Positions 11,301-24,477 of a stretch of DNA of 64,000 nucleotides are shown here, piece after piece. Position numbers and translations under genes: made by a program. The stretch is from assembly GCA_965644295.1 (NCBI GenBank), contig CBFFRP010000128.1, positions 1-64,000 on the forward strand. The letters are read 5' to 3'. The stretch's first letter is position 1; every line of letters starts with the position of its first letter. Below the pieces are notes generated by a model. That model saw only the letters and a list, made by a program, of their open reading frames with translations, searched no databases and was not told the origin of the DNA. Source of the stretch: Paraphysomonas bandaiensis (taxonomy: Eukaryota; Protista; Chrysophyceae).

Positions 11301-14300
11301 TTATTTTGTTGGCGACACAGGATCAACAACTTTAGGGCGTGGAACTCGCGCGATTAAAGGAGCTGATTTAGAATGCAGCTCTGCTGGGGTTAGTTCATAG
11401 CGATCTGGAGCATATGCAGCCTGTACAATGGGTTACACGAAACACACTATTTGTGCAATACACTTACAACAGCGCGTTGACTCTTCTTTGCAGGAAAACC
11501 TTTCCGATGAATGGACCTTACACTTGACGTTTCCTCAAGATAAGTTGCACTAACTGGTGTGGGTTCTTTCTTCTTTCTCTTGCCCTGCTTTGAGTTTGCA
11601 CGGAAGGCAGATGATGCAGAATCATCGCCAAGATCTAAGTCCTCTGCTGCCTCCGGTGACACGCGAGAGCTACTCGGAGTGAACTCTGACAGACTGTTTC
11701 CTGCCATTGTCGAGTTCAAGAAACTCTCTATTTTCGAATGTGATGACTGAGGGACGCTGACTGGCATCCGAAAACCTCCCCGTAATACTTCCGGGCCAGC
11801 ACTGGAATTAGCGTTAATCGCAGGTAAGAATGGTGGTGGGTTTGTGTATCCGCTTTGGACCCTCACCGGACTTTTCTGACCGCATGATAGACATAGTCCC
11901 TTGTACGTTGCGTTTGCGCCTTTGGAATTCTCCTCGCGCTCAAGCATCAGAGCTTTCAGGCTCGACTTTATCTTCTTCGCCATTTGTGTTTTAAGTCTAG
12001 CTATTTCTTCCTCTTGCAACATTCTCAAGTCGCCAACTTCAACCATAACATCCTTGACAGTGTCCTCAATAGTTTCGACGACCTTTGTGTCAACTTTTCT
12101 GTCCAAAAATTTTACATCTGCTTTCTGTGCCATAAGCGCACGGACTGATTCAACGTCAATTTTACTGCGATTAAAGCTATCTAATCGATCCTGAAGCTCT
12201 CGAATATCAGCCTTAAGTTTATTTATTTCTGCCATATCTATAGGCGGTGGCCCTTGTTGTCTATTCCTACGTCCGCGCCCTGTGGGAGTATCTCTTCCAG
12301 GTGAGCCGTCACTGAAGTCGTCTGAGTGAAGCTGCCGGATCCTGTGTTTCATTTTTCCAGCCTGGTTCTTGCTGCCAGTGCTACTGTCATCATCTTCACC
12401 ATCTCGCCTTCTTAGCTTCCTATTCCCGGTATCTGAACTCGTCATCTGTTCAATTCGAGATCCTCGGCGTGAGTTATGAACCTCGGCTAATTCATTTGGA
12501 CGCGTCTTAGCTCCACGAACAGACTGCGGCTGTGCCACAGGTGTCTGACTGGGATTCTTCTTAGTTTGACCAAGGGCTGGCTGTCCAACTTGCCCGGTTG
12601 GCGTTGCGGTTCCCGATGAAGAAGCCACCGGAGGGCTAGAAAGTTGATTTCCCATTGGCTTAGTGGTTGTGCCACTCTCTTGATATTCCGCACTCCCCTG
12701 CGTTCTAACAGTAGGCGGTAATTGAGTACGAACTGATTCCTTTCGCTGAGGAATCTGTTCTTCAACTTTCTTCGGCGCACTGGAATCAATTTTCTGTTGT
12801 TGTTGTTGTAGTTGCGGTGATTGTTGTCTCGATACTTCAAGTGGAGAGCCATCAAACACATTATTCGATGTGGGTGATGGTGAAACTCCCACAGCATCTA
12901 GCGCCGCAAGGTCTGCTTCGAAAGAATCCATAGGCCGGAATACAGCATTTGAACTATTTCTGATCTCCTCTACAATTCCGGGCTCTTCATATGCCTCCTG
13001 GGTGTCATCGACAGGGTCGACATATCCCTCGTCATTCTCGTATTCATCATCATAGCCATCATCGAACACTTCATCGTTGCGATCCCAGTCGTTCATGTAC
13101 ATCTCTACGATGTCCTTGATCAACGGTTGAAGCTTAGATTCCATTTCAGCGGGGTCCCATGCCCCAGTCACCATGTTAGAGACTTGCTGAACTTGTTGGG
13201 AGCTACGGGGAGACACCTTCCCGCTTGATGGAGCATCAGTGGCTTTGACCACAGGCTGCATAATCTGATTCTCCTCCACGACATTCAGTCGCTCGTTGTG
13301 GTTTTCTACCTCAGACTGAAGAGTTTGAATAGATGTTGCCAGCGAACCCTGGCTCTCAGTGACTGCGGCAGCGGCCATGTCTTTGCATATTTCCTTCGCC
13401 TCTTCAGCGCTTACTTTGTTCTCGACATCACACTCGAGCTTCTCGAGCTTGTGAGAGACGCCACTGATACTTTTCATAGCTTTCATCATCCCTGAAAGTG
13501 ATACCCAGCGGTCAGACAATATCTGGTCATGGCGTTGTAGGCATTGCTTAGCATTAGCAATCTGCTCCCGCACCCCGTCAAGACCACCCTCCAAAACACT
13601 GTCAATCTTGGATATAACTTCCCTAGATTTGGTTCCAAGAATGGACTCAAGTTCGTTACGTAGGGCCTTCCCACTGGACGAAACAACCGACGCATCGCTT
13701 TCGACTAGTGCCACCATCTCTCTTAGAGTTCTCATTGAGGTGTCAACCTGCAAAAGCGCAGATATTGAGTCATTTGAACCTCCTGAATACAACTTAGAAT
13801 TAGTTTCCATTAGGTCTGCAACCTCTTTACTGATTCTCCTGGCATCACCCTCTAAAGAAGCAAATCCCACTACTATAGTAGAAAGTTTGTCTTTCAGTGA
13901 TGCATGTAAGCGGGACACATCATCATCACGCGCATCTTTCAAATCCTTGAGATCAGCAGCTATCTGGTTCGCTTGAGATGTGACAGCTTCTTCCACAGTG
14001 GTTTTGAGATCAGCGATTTCTGCGTTGAGACTTGCAATATTGGAATCAAGGGTCTGAAGATTTTCAATAGTCTTCCGCGAGAAATTGTTTTGTTGCTCCT
14101 CTAGTCTCCGCAATTCTTCCGTGAGTTTCAGATCAAGACTAGTGGTTAAGTCATTGGCATAGGTGCGGCACTCCAAGGGAATGAAAAACATACGCTGCTC
14201 CACTCTCTCAAGACGCTCTATAACAGAATCAGACTTATTCATTCGTGCCCGTGTAAAACCAATGCAGAGTTTTGTGACGCGCGCTTTTTGTACCACTCTG

Positions 14301-15278
14301 CGAAAGGCCCATTGCCAACGAGCCTTTGGTGTCATTTTCTGAACTTCGCTTCTTGTATCTACCTTGGGTTTTACCTCAGGGTCAGCTTCTTCAAGTGCCA
14401 AATCCAGGAGTTTTTGGGGAGCCGGCTTTTCAGGTGTCTTCTCCTTCTCTACGGCTTCTACTGCGGGCTTCTTTTCCACAGATAGTGTACTCTCGATAGG
14501 TGCACCATCCTCAGTCGGAAAGAGTAAAGGATCTTCAGACAAAAGGTCAAACATCAGTGCGAAGTATTTATCTGCATACCTTCAGGCTTCACATCAGCTT
14601 TTGGTCGAATTGCTGGGGTAGGTGGAACTGAAATAGGAGTTTCGCCAGTAGCTGTGCGTTTGATTTCCTTCATTCTCTGTTCCATGTCGTCTTCTTCTTC
14701 TCCCTCGTATCCCTAAAATGCCGGCCGCTTAATGCTATGCCAACTAGAATACGATATACGTTACCTGTATATTATACGAAAAGTTCTTAATTTGGCTTCT
14801 AGCATCCATGAGTTTCTCGAACAACAAGTCATTCTTCGCATTGAGTTGATCGATGTTGGCTTGTGCCCACCACATTATTTCTGCCTGTGCCTTTTTAAAT
14901 TCTTCATTGTTTTTCTCAATAGTTTCATTGAGAGTGACGATTTGTTGTTCTTGAGTTACGATCGTTTCCACTGTAATAAAAATCATAACTACCGCATATC
15001 ACTGCTAATGACGAGTGCTCATACCCATAGATCCAAATACAGCTTTAACATCAGTGGTGTCCGGCACATCCAGAGTGAACTACACACACATACATATATA
15101 CAGTCACAGTCCATCCGACATATGAGGATACACGTAACGTACATCAATCCCATCCTTCGCAAAGGAAAGACCCTGCGATCTGAGCCCCTGAACCTGAGGA
15201 TATGTTAGTATACACGACAAGAGATGAGCGGACGATTACTTTACTATTAAGACGATCCTGCGTCTGACTCTCAGCCAT
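11301..15278 (-). CDS. Large coiled-coil/low-complexity protein with C-terminal KAD..KVD..CLSC region (DUF4795/QRICH2-like, tentative)
   Basis: Short spliced 5' exons from MAESQTQDRLNSK at 15278; long exon ~11468-14533; last exon AAYAPDRY...VSPTK* ending 11301. Confidence 0.75.
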
Positions 15279-16589
15279 AACGATACACACAGACACTCAC
15301 CCTATAGGGAAATACTCTGTTTGATTAGTATAGAGGTACTTCAGGGTGAAGGTGTGAGGGGTTAAGATAGTGTGCCTGTGAGGTATGTATGTATGTATGT
15401 ATGTATATGTGGGATGACCTCAGCGGGTTACGGCCACTTCTATATCTAACTACACATACATATATATGCAGCAGTACATACACATATACACACACATACA
15501 TATATATATACATATGCTTAAGGTGAAACGACTACTACTGGACGGATAGGGTGTAGCCCGTAGAGTACCGGATATACTTGCAGCAGTAGCCCGCATATTG
15601 GAGTAAACGACGAACGTATATTTTTGTTCAAAGATGCCTCTAATATTGAGACAGCAATTATCTGTATTCCAGCCGTAGTTCTACTTCAGTAATATAGAGA
15701 ATTTTAAATTCAATTTATTTCCGAAAAGTGCCGATGCGCTGGAGGAGCTGCTGTGGATATACATACACGCATTAAGAGATGGTAAGTGGCTGAAAGCAAC
15801 ATATCTTTCAGAGTATCAATCCATCTCCTGTGTCTCCATCAATTCATAGTCATGATAGCAGTAGATACATGCATACATGTATGTATGTAATCTCATCATA
15901 TGAAATTCTCTGTCATTTTCCGTTAAAAAAAACACTCTCCGGAAAATTTTGTCCCATTTTTTTAGGACAAAAATTGAAATCCATGACACACGATAGTAAT
16001 CATCATGCAGATACTCACACTGTGTATGCAATAAAGACTCCGTGCAACTCATATCTCCTATTCAGATATGTTATCTGTATGGTTACTATGCAGTGCTGTG
16101 TATTCCCTCAATGGGAGAGTATCTCTCAGTAACTTGATGCGTGATTACTACATCGGCCTGGCGGCAATAGCATTGCCTGGTTTCTGTATCTGTCCCCATA
16201 TATGTGATTAAGATAATGAAGTATGGTCAAGAGGAATCTGAACACAGTACAATCATGTACATGTACCGCTGGCTGTTCTCAATGGCATATGTCACAGGTC
16301 TGCTGCAAGCGGCACTGCTATACATTTGATGGGTGACGTCTGTGGCTTTGGTAATGCATGTGCTGCGAACATGAGTGGAAATGCCGCATAATATCAACTA
16401 AGATACATCCACAGTGATAAGCCCACAGCAGGACAGTAATATGACACATACAGCGTCCATTGACTACACTGCGCGGCTGCTGCGTCTACTCTTCAATTCT
16501 TGTATTGTTTTTAGTGTACAAACAAAAGATGCAGACATGTCACGTTGAATATATGTCATTTTTTACAACGACATCTTGTAGCGGGTACG

Positions 16590-17137
16590 AATTGGTTTGG
16601 CTGGCTTAATTATATAGCATCTTAAGATGTTTAGCTACTGCTCTAAAATTTGTTACAAACCCATTATCTGTTACAATAAAAGCTTGGAGGTATATGTCCA
16701 GTCAATTTATCATTTTATTAATCATAGTTATGTGACAGTATGAGAGTCAGTATTCACTTTAACCTCAGCACACAAGAGTAATATATCATGTCAAAGATCG
16801 TTGGCAAAGAACAAACTGTGCACCTCGACAACGGTCGACATATAACTGATAACTGATTGCAAATATTAACGACTTCGAAATATTCAAGTGTAGTAGTATA
16901 AGTGACGTTGTTGTGCATCTGTTAGGGACCACCATAAAAGGAACCGTAGTGTGTGTGTGCAAGAATACACTCATACAGCTGTAATAGAGTAATAGAATTC
17001 AAGACTATTAATAGGCAATAATTTCCAATTAGTTGCAGTGCCAATAATTGGATGCTTGGTTAATAATTGCAACTATTATTGTTGAATTCCTGTCATTAAT
17101 TAATTGTCAACTAATTGTTACGTATTACGTAAGCCTG
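16590..17137 (+). mobile_element. Internally deleted, inverted copy of the 24478-25592 hAT family
   Basis: 16590-16825 matches the reverse complement of ~25310-25530; 17020-17137 matches the reverse complement of ~24478-24560 and ends AAGCCTG. Confidence 0.65.
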
Positions 17138-17288
17138 ATATATTTTATGATAATTAGTTATGGAAACAATAGGGGTTAGTTTTATTGTGTAAGACACTCC
17201 CATTGGAGTTCTAATAGAAGTTGTCATTATACTAGAACGCTGCTAAGTATCAACACTTGATAGTAAACATACACGATACTCTACGTAA

Positions 17289-19067
17289 TTACTCGATTGT
17301 AGTTACTTTCTTTAAACTGATTTGCTCTAAAATATACTCTACAGTCTCACGATGTCTTTCATTTTTTAGCTCTCTATGATGATCCAAAGCCATGAGAGAT
17401 TTCTTAGCCTGCACTTCTGAGAGCTCATAATCCTTTGCCAGAAACGCCGCCACTGCGTAATTCAGTCGAATCTCCATTACAACGTGATGCATGGGTCCCA
17501 GATGGGTAGCAGCAATATCAACGGATTGATTAAACAACTTCAAACTTTCAGTGAAATTTCCTATGGCGGCCAACGACGACGCCAATAGAGACATTACATT
17601 GACCGTCATGTGCTCGCCACTGGTGGTCGATATTGCTGTGAGCATGTCAAGGCTAATCGTAAGGTATTTCACAGCAAGATCAGGCTTTCCAGCATCGTAA
17701 GCAATCATTCCTACGTCTTTATACAGGCTTGCCTGCATCTGATTAATAATATCAGTTTGATTCGGATTAGAGATGTTTCGCATTTCTTCAAGAATATCCA
17801 TAACCTCCTCCGCAGCGCGTAAACGGTCTTTAATCGACTGGCCAACAACAGCACTAACAACAGCTCGACCAACACCTACAGCGCAACGTAACATCTCAGG
17901 CCAGTAGGGAAGGATACGACCGGTTTCATTCCTGTGAGTTATTGCTAGGTATCTATGCTGGTTCACGTTTAAAAGTACTGTCTCAAATGTCTTCTTACGA
18001 ATATCCAGTGCCTGCAAGATGATATTCAATTTTTCTGCTTCATTGCTCTGTTCAGCCTGGAACTCGAGGGCTTCGGAATAGTGTTTAGCTGCATTTGAGA
18101 GGAGACTGCAATCCTGCAAAGAATTTCCACCGGATGATGCCTTGACTGAATACAACTCATACAGTTGATCAAATTCTTCAGAGTATATCTTAAATGATAA
18201 CTGCTGCATGACGTCAACTGAGAGGCCTAATTGGTGAGGCAATTGCAAAGGACATTCTGCGCTCTCCTGTGGGCATTGCTGGGAACTGATATCTTCACAT
18301 AGAGTAGAAAGGGCTCGGGCAAAAACACTCTCGCGAAACATCTGACTTTCCCCCATGAGGTGGAGAACAGGATTGTGCGGGAGCAACTTTGACTTTGCTG
18401 GTGGGTCGGAATTAATGGCATCGGGAGGCAAAACGACAATTCGATCCTGAATAGAATCTTCCATCGCTCGATGACGAGTATATATCTTGTCAAATCTCTC
18501 TTGATCACTTTGCATTCTACGATCCATCGGAGATCCCCACCACTCCCTCATAAACTCTTTCGTCCATTCTGTTTGTCGTGCAATGATAGTGCCTGTATTC
18601 ACTAGTGTTTTACTGCCTGCACTCTCAGCAGATATGATTATATCAGCATGCGGATAACTCTCTAATAGAGACTCTATCTTAAAATTCATATCTATAAATA
18701 TGGCATCTGCATCGATCCACATGACCGCATGATAACTATGAGCCCATGACTCCAATGCCTGTGATATGATATGAACCTTATTCCATCGTGCATCATGAGA
18801 GTCCCCATTGAATGAGTCAGGCGTGAGGACCCGATAAGAGTATCTGTTAAGGAGTGCATATATTTCATTTATCACAGAGGAGTATTGTGAATAGCCGGAT
18901 ATGTCAGGTGTGGTGTATGACACTATGCCGATAGTGTGATGAGAGGGATGCGTGTGTGGATAGAGAGGAGGGAGACATCTGCTGCTGGTGATGTCATGGG
19001 AGATACAGAGGATAGAGAGATGAGATAGAGAGATAATGAGGAGGAGGAAGAGGATGGGAGATTGCAT
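17289..19067 (-). CDS. GT34 (MNN10/GMA12-like) glycosyltransferase with C-terminal TPR-like helices
   Basis: N-terminal hydrophobic anchor; RWNKV, VMWIDADAIF (DxD), VNTGTII, DQERF and LHLMG motifs; TPR-like C-terminus. Confidence 0.8.
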   Translation of the reverse strand: MQSPILFLLLIISLSHLSILCISHDITSSRCLPPLYPHTHPSHHTIGIVSYTTPDISGYSQYSSVINEIYALLNRYSYRVLTPDSFNGDSHDARWNKVHIISQALESWAHSYHAVMWIDADAIFIDMNFKIESLLESYPHADIIISAESAGSKTLVNTGTIIARQTEWTKEFMREWWGSPMDRRMQSDQERFDKIYTRHRAMEDSIQDRIVVLPPDAINSDPPAKSKLLPHNPVLHLMGESQMFRESVFARALSTLCEDISSQQCPQESAECPLQLPHQLGLSVDVMQQLSFKIYSEEFDQLYELYSVKASSGGNSLQDCSLLSNAAKHYSEALEFQAEQSNEAEKLNIILQALDIRKKTFETVLLNVNQHRYLAITHRNETGRILPYWPEMLRCAVGVGRAVVSAVVGQSIKDRLRAAEEVMDILEEMRNISNPNQTDIINQMQASLYKDVGMIAYDAGKPDLAVKYLTISLDMLTAISTTSGEHMTVNVMSLLASSLAAIGNFTESLKLFNQSVDIAATHLGPMHHVVMEIRLNYAVAAFLAKDYELSEVQAKKSLMALDHHRELKNERHRETVEYILEQISLKKVTTIE

Positions 19068-19231
19068 TTGATGGAGTGTGGGGAGTATATGAGGTGATAG
19101 AGATGGTCAGGACATGAACATGTGCTCCTGTCTATGTCTATGCATGTACACGTACAGCAGTATATACTCCTGCTGCTGTAGGTTCCTGGAGACTACGACG
19201 TACATACGTACACGTATGATTGGATTAATAA

Positions 19232-19660
19232 AATATTGGGGATTTGTTTGGTTCTTAAACAATAATTAGGGATTTGTTTGGTTTTTATATAATAGTTGGG
19301 GATTTGTTTGGTTTTTATATAATAATTAGGGATTTGTTTGGTTTTATGTAATAATTGGGGATTTGTTTGGTTTTTATATAATAATTGGGGATTTGTTTGG
19401 TTTTATATAATAATTGGGGATTTGTTTGGTTTTATATAATAATTGGGGATTTGTTTGGTTTTTATATAATAATTGGGGATTTGTTTGGTTTTTATATAAT
19501 AATTGGGGATTTGTTTGGTTTTTATATAATAATTGGGGATTTGTTTGGTTTTATATAATAATTGGGGATTTGTTTGGTTTTTATATAATAATTGGGGATT
19601 TGTTTGGTTTTATATAATAATTGGGGATTTGTTTGGTTTTATATAATAATTGGGGATTTA
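19232..19660. repeat. 29-30-bp minisatellite, ~14.5 copies of AATAATTGGGGATTTGTTTGGTTTT(T)ATAT
   Basis: Head-to-tail repeats with no spacers, between two divergent genes. Confidence 0.95.
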
Positions 19661-19825
19661 TTTATTTTGTAGGTGTTATTTTACATGTTTTGTCTGGTTA
19701 TTCGAATCTTAAGTATGCTTGTAGCGAGCAGTGTCCGTATAAGGAGATTACCACAAGAACAGAGAGATGTACAGATGACCACTGCAGATACCATTGATAG
19801 GTTGATTATACGGGTGATGTGCTGA

Positions 19826-21114
19826 ATGACTCGAGCTGGTGTGAGGATCATCCTATCTCTTCTAGTGGGCGTGTATATAGGCACCATCATACGCATACAC
19901 TCACCTGTCATATATACCTACCCTATAGACAACACACTCCCTGATAATACACACGCCTCTCATGACACAGTCTCTCATGACAATACCATCCGCATCGCCA
20001 ATAAGACTCACGGCTATAGTTATGATGCACAGACTGTGAGTGAGCCTGAAGGGCATCGACTGCTCTTTATGGCTCCTGTATATGGAATGACGCAGTTTAT
20101 TTTTCTTCAAAAGACGCTTGATTGCATGCTTGATATATGCAACATGGGGTGGAATGTTACTGTCATGCTTCAAGCAGCGAAGGGATTTAGCCAGAACCAC
20201 GGCCGATACATTGAAATTAAGAATAGAGCTTATTGTCATAGAGCTAGGAGTTTCATACCCATATATGTTGATGTGTTCAGTGATAACATTGGTTTTGGTT
20301 TGAATAAGCAGCACCGATCGGTCATGACAAAACATTTATATGACTTTGACTACTTTGTGTTTGCCGAAGAGGATATGCTCTTAAGTGCCAGTCATTTACA
20401 AGCATATATTCAAGCGGAGCATAGGCTCCGCAAAGCTATGCCTTCTCAGTGGTTGCAGTATACAATTGGTTTCTTGAGGTGATAGACTTATTGGATATGA
20501 CGCGATAATTTGGTAATACTAATACGTGTAGATATGAAGAAAGCGTGGGTGGTGATTCTGAACGAGTAACTTGGGAGTACAGACCACACATGGTCCATGT
20601 TGTTGATGTGGATCCAGGTCTTGGAAAGTATATTGTCACCAATAATTTAAATCAGGCGATTTTCATTTTTTCTCAAGAGCAAGTAGTAGATCTGCAGCGA
20701 CGATGTCATTTTCTAACGGATATTGGTAGAAACGCCTTCTACAATGAACTCAGGTGGGCATTGGATCAAAACTGGAGGTTTCTCGCTGTGGGGGTATCGG
20801 AATGGTCATCCTCATTTCAGCATGTCCTACAGTGTGGTTTACGGAGAGTAATTCCTGTTGATCATTTCCAATCACATATGATATTGCATTCCTCGAACAA
20901 AGCACAAAACCGGAGACCCCGCAGTGAACTTCTTAACATGAGAGACTGGATGTTGTTAATTCGAAATAAAAGTAAAACCCCGCTCACAGTAGAGGAGGCA
21001 TATGAGGTGATACACGAGCAATATAATATGCATTTAATGCGTCCAGAAAAATATATTGGGAAGTCATTATTCTCATGGAATGTGTCTGAGCGCGCGAAAA
21101 GTAGCATTCATTAA
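19826..21114 (+). CDS. Type-II membrane protein, putative glycosyltransferase (2 exons)
   Basis: N-terminal TM and stem; FDYFVFAEEDMLL acidic motif; intron ~20479-20531 joins the two ORFs. Confidence 0.65.
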
Positions 21115-21422
21115 ATTCAGAGCCTTAGTGTATATATTCTGTAACTTGAATGTACTGGGGAATTTAGAATTGATTACTATGTATATTTAGCCTGTACTAG
21201 CTTAATATAAAGCATAGATTAGTATTACAGTATCGATAAATCCAGTTCACAATTTAAAAAAATAATAGTATAGCTCTTGAAAAAAGCGTCAGATCGATCC
21301 GAAAATAGAATCACAACATCAAACAGAAGAAGAAACCGTGATATTCAAGCGAAAGTCGAATAGTGTAGCAAACGAAATAATAAAACTCTTTGAAACTTAA
21401 TATATATCAATATGTTTACATT

Positions 21423-22678
21423 TTAAACGCCCTGCTTCTTTTCACGAGGGTCTTTTACATGCCGTGCATATATATCACGAATGAAGTCGGGCCCCAAACC
21501 ACAACAACCGCCTAAAAAACAATAATTCTCACTGTATGATTCTTCATCTTCAATAATATACTCACCAACGTATGTGGCACCTTTGTCAATAAATTTTGCC
21601 ACCCAATCCGAATATCCAGTGCCCTGTTCAGTCGCCACCAGGTCCTGGCGTGTTGAGAATTGGCACTCAGACCATGACTTTTCTTCGTCTTTCATCACCC
21701 AATCTTCTCCTTTGTCACATCCATTTGCATAAGCAACAAGACCCACTCTCGCTGCTTGAAGTTCTCGAACCAGAGCCTTGTCTCCATGGACAGACGTCAG
21801 ACAATCCAAGATATTTTCTGGGGGGGCGCAGTTGAATCCCACAGCCTCCAAAAGAACACCTCTCTCTGAACTCCACCGCAAGAGATCTCGTACAACACTG
21901 GCACCAGAGCTAGTTTGAATAGCCATGTCTTCGTTCATCAGTGTACCCTCCAGACAAACCACTATGGGCAGGCACAGATCGCGACATGCAGACATGGCAA
22001 CCTTTGCTTCCTGGAGAGATGTCAAAGTTTCACAGAGAATAGTATCCACCCCTCCTTCCTTGAGGGATCGGGCAAGTAGGCGATAATAGTTGCATATTTT
22101 ATCAACTCCTTCACTAGCAAAGAAAGCAGCTGTTTCTCTGGGCCGGTGTGACTCAACAAGAGGTGGGAGGGAGCCGAATATACGCACAGAGGTACCTGGT
22201 GATTGAAAAGCAGGGTCTGCCTCTGCTTCAGTTCTTGACCTCACTGCAAGCTGTGCAGAGAGTTTGGCATCATTAGCCATTTTAACAATCCATCCATCAA
22301 CAAATCCTTCAGATTCCAGTCCAAACCAATCGTTCCATCCACCTTCTCCATTGTCACATTTAACAGGCGGAAGTGATGCAAAGGCCGATTTGTAGTAATT
22401 TGGCTGTACTCCATAGCTGTTAGTAGTAATGACAGTACTCCCTGCATACAGATATGCTTTATGCGTATCGACCAATAGAGTCTGTTTAGCGGGACTCTGA
22501 AGAGCACTGGCGGACCAGATCTTAGAAAACATGTCGTCACTAGGCAATCCTACCATAGTGAGTTGCCATCCGGTGCTTCCGTCCATCAGAGTAATGCTCT
22601 GTGTGTATATATAATGAATGATTCATAAGATAAGAGAGTTACCTTATAGGGGTGATTCCTTCCGATAGATGATGACAT
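21423..22678 (-). CDS. Homocysteine S-methyltransferase family protein
   Basis: LMDGSTG, WSASAL, HKAYLYAGSTVITTNSY, GSLPP, CETL, GFNC and GGCCG (Zn ligands); 2 introns. Confidence 0.9.
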
Positions 22679-23196
22679 GGACATCCTTAGCAGTCACAGT
22701 GGATTCGAATTAGTTCGATGTATATACCGCAGACTCTCTAATGGTTATATATGAGTGGATTCATAGATAGCATGTAGAGTAATGAGCACAGGAGTGGATC
22801 CGTATGGTATGGTATGGTATCCTACATATGCATGATGTAATGACCAGGAAAAGAATCATCGGAATGAAGTGTCAAGTCAAAAGAACTACGAAGTAGACTA
22901 CGGACCGTCACCGGGGAGAGATCCGTTTAATAGCCGTGTATTGTCATCATTCTTAAGGTTTTTAACACTAAAATCCATTAAAACCATAGAAATTTAGTGA
23001 TCTGATATAAAATACCTGTTTTTCCAGAGCCTTCATGGAACAATTGATCACACGTGTTTGTCCATATATAACATGACCGAGTGAGAGCAGGAGCATACAG
23101 GAACTAGTAGCAGTCAGTATCTATTGCTATAGTCTTACAAGATCATCAGATAGTGGTGTAGATAGCACCTCTATCCCCATTCAACACCTCCTTCTT

Positions 23197-24168
23197 ATGT
23201 CTCACTCCCCCTCCTACACAGACACAGACTCAGATGAGGAACTCTACAGTCCGAACGCTCCAGTGACTCGTATCGACTCTAGTTCATTCATAGCATATAA
23301 AGACCATATACTTAACGACTGTTATCATCATTACTACATCACATCTGACTGGAGCCCTCTGTTCTTCAAGGCACTGGCTTATGAGGGCTTCATTTGCGTC
23401 ACTCATAACGAGTTTTTAGTACCCGAGATTCAAGTGTATTATTCTGTATTAGATTTTCCAGATTTGCATATTCCCAAACAAACCCGTAAAGTGATTCGGA
23501 AGTATACACGCCCTACTGACCCTAATCAGCCCCGATTAAAATGTTTTGTCAATAAAAATTCAGATCTGTGTGTTAAACGTATTCAGGAGTATTGGGCAGA
23601 CAAAAATTGGCTCTCTGACAAATATGTTCAGTGCATGCGCGAATGTGGTCTGGATGTTCGGACGTATGAAGTGTATTTGGACACCCCTGTTGCTTCTCTT
23701 AGTACTGCAGAAAATACAGTATATGCCCGATTGTTGATTGCAGGTGAGATCGGATACGCGATTGGAGGTGTTTATACAAGTTTGACTGGGTACTGTGAGA
23801 AGAAACCTGAAGTAAAAATTGCAGACTTTATTGTTTCTAACACAGGATGTCAAACTATTGTGAAAGCATCATCGGTTGATTCTGTCAACTCTGTTGTCAG
23901 CACACTCCCAAGTGTCAATATACCGAAAGATTTGGCTCGATGTGGTGGCTCCATTCAGCTTTCTTGCCTGGGAAGATGGCTTCAAATATCTGGATTTTCG
24001 TTTTGGAATCTGGGGCACCCTCCACGTAAAGTGTTGATGAAGTACAAACGTGACATTGGAGCAAAAGTGCTGCACAGAAACAATTTCTTGGCAAGGTGGA
24101 GGGCTGCACGAGATCTTGAGCTCTTGAATGAGTCCAAGGAAAATGATTTCGATTTTGAACATTTGTAG
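23197..24168 (+). CDS. Leu/Phe-tRNA-protein transferase-like (aat/ATEL1-type)
   Basis: LAYEGF, LVPEIQ, LHIPK, LIAGEIGYAIGGVYTSLTG, GSIQL..LG..L...GF.FWNLG and MKYKRDIGA motifs; intronless. Confidence 0.8.
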   Translation: MSHSPSYTDTDSDEELYSPNAPVTRIDSSSFIAYKDHILNDCYHHYYITSDWSPLFFKALAYEGFICVTHNEFLVPEIQVYYSVLDFPDLHIPKQTRKVIRKYTRPTDPNQPRLKCFVNKNSDLCVKRIQEYWADKNWLSDKYVQCMRECGLDVRTYEVYLDTPVASLSTAENTVYARLLIAGEIGYAIGGVYTSLTGYCEKKPEVKIADFIVSNTGCQTIVKASSVDSVNSVVSTLPSVNIPKDLARCGGSIQLSCLGRWLQISGFSFWNLGHPPRKVLMKYKRDIGAKVLHRNNFLARWRAARDLELLNESKENDFDFEHL

Positions 24169-24477
24169 CTCTTAGTTGTGAATAATAGCCAAGAAAAATT
24201 AGTCCGAATTTGAGCTTTTGTAGCGCTTAGTTGTAAGTAATAGTTAAGAATTATGGTTGGATTTTGACAGCCCTCCTAGTTTCAATTATAACCAAACATA
24301 GGGCATAGTAACTACAATGAAAGGCATCATATTCTTGTATTATGGCTTCCGTTAAGCCATGCGTGTCTACACAAGATACACAATTGATTGTCGTGATAGT
24401 AGTTTATATCAAGGTTCACTTCTTTACCTCACTACAACAAGTGATAAGTGTACGATTCTTTACAAGGCTCATTTAAT

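Noticed and set aside
15779-16500. Small plus-strand gene divergent from the 15278 gene
   Set aside because: Some splice-like signals, but no coherent stop-free gene model.
19232-19660. CRISPR-like array
   Set aside because: Repeats are contiguous with no unique spacers, there are no cas genes, and the context is eukaryotic.
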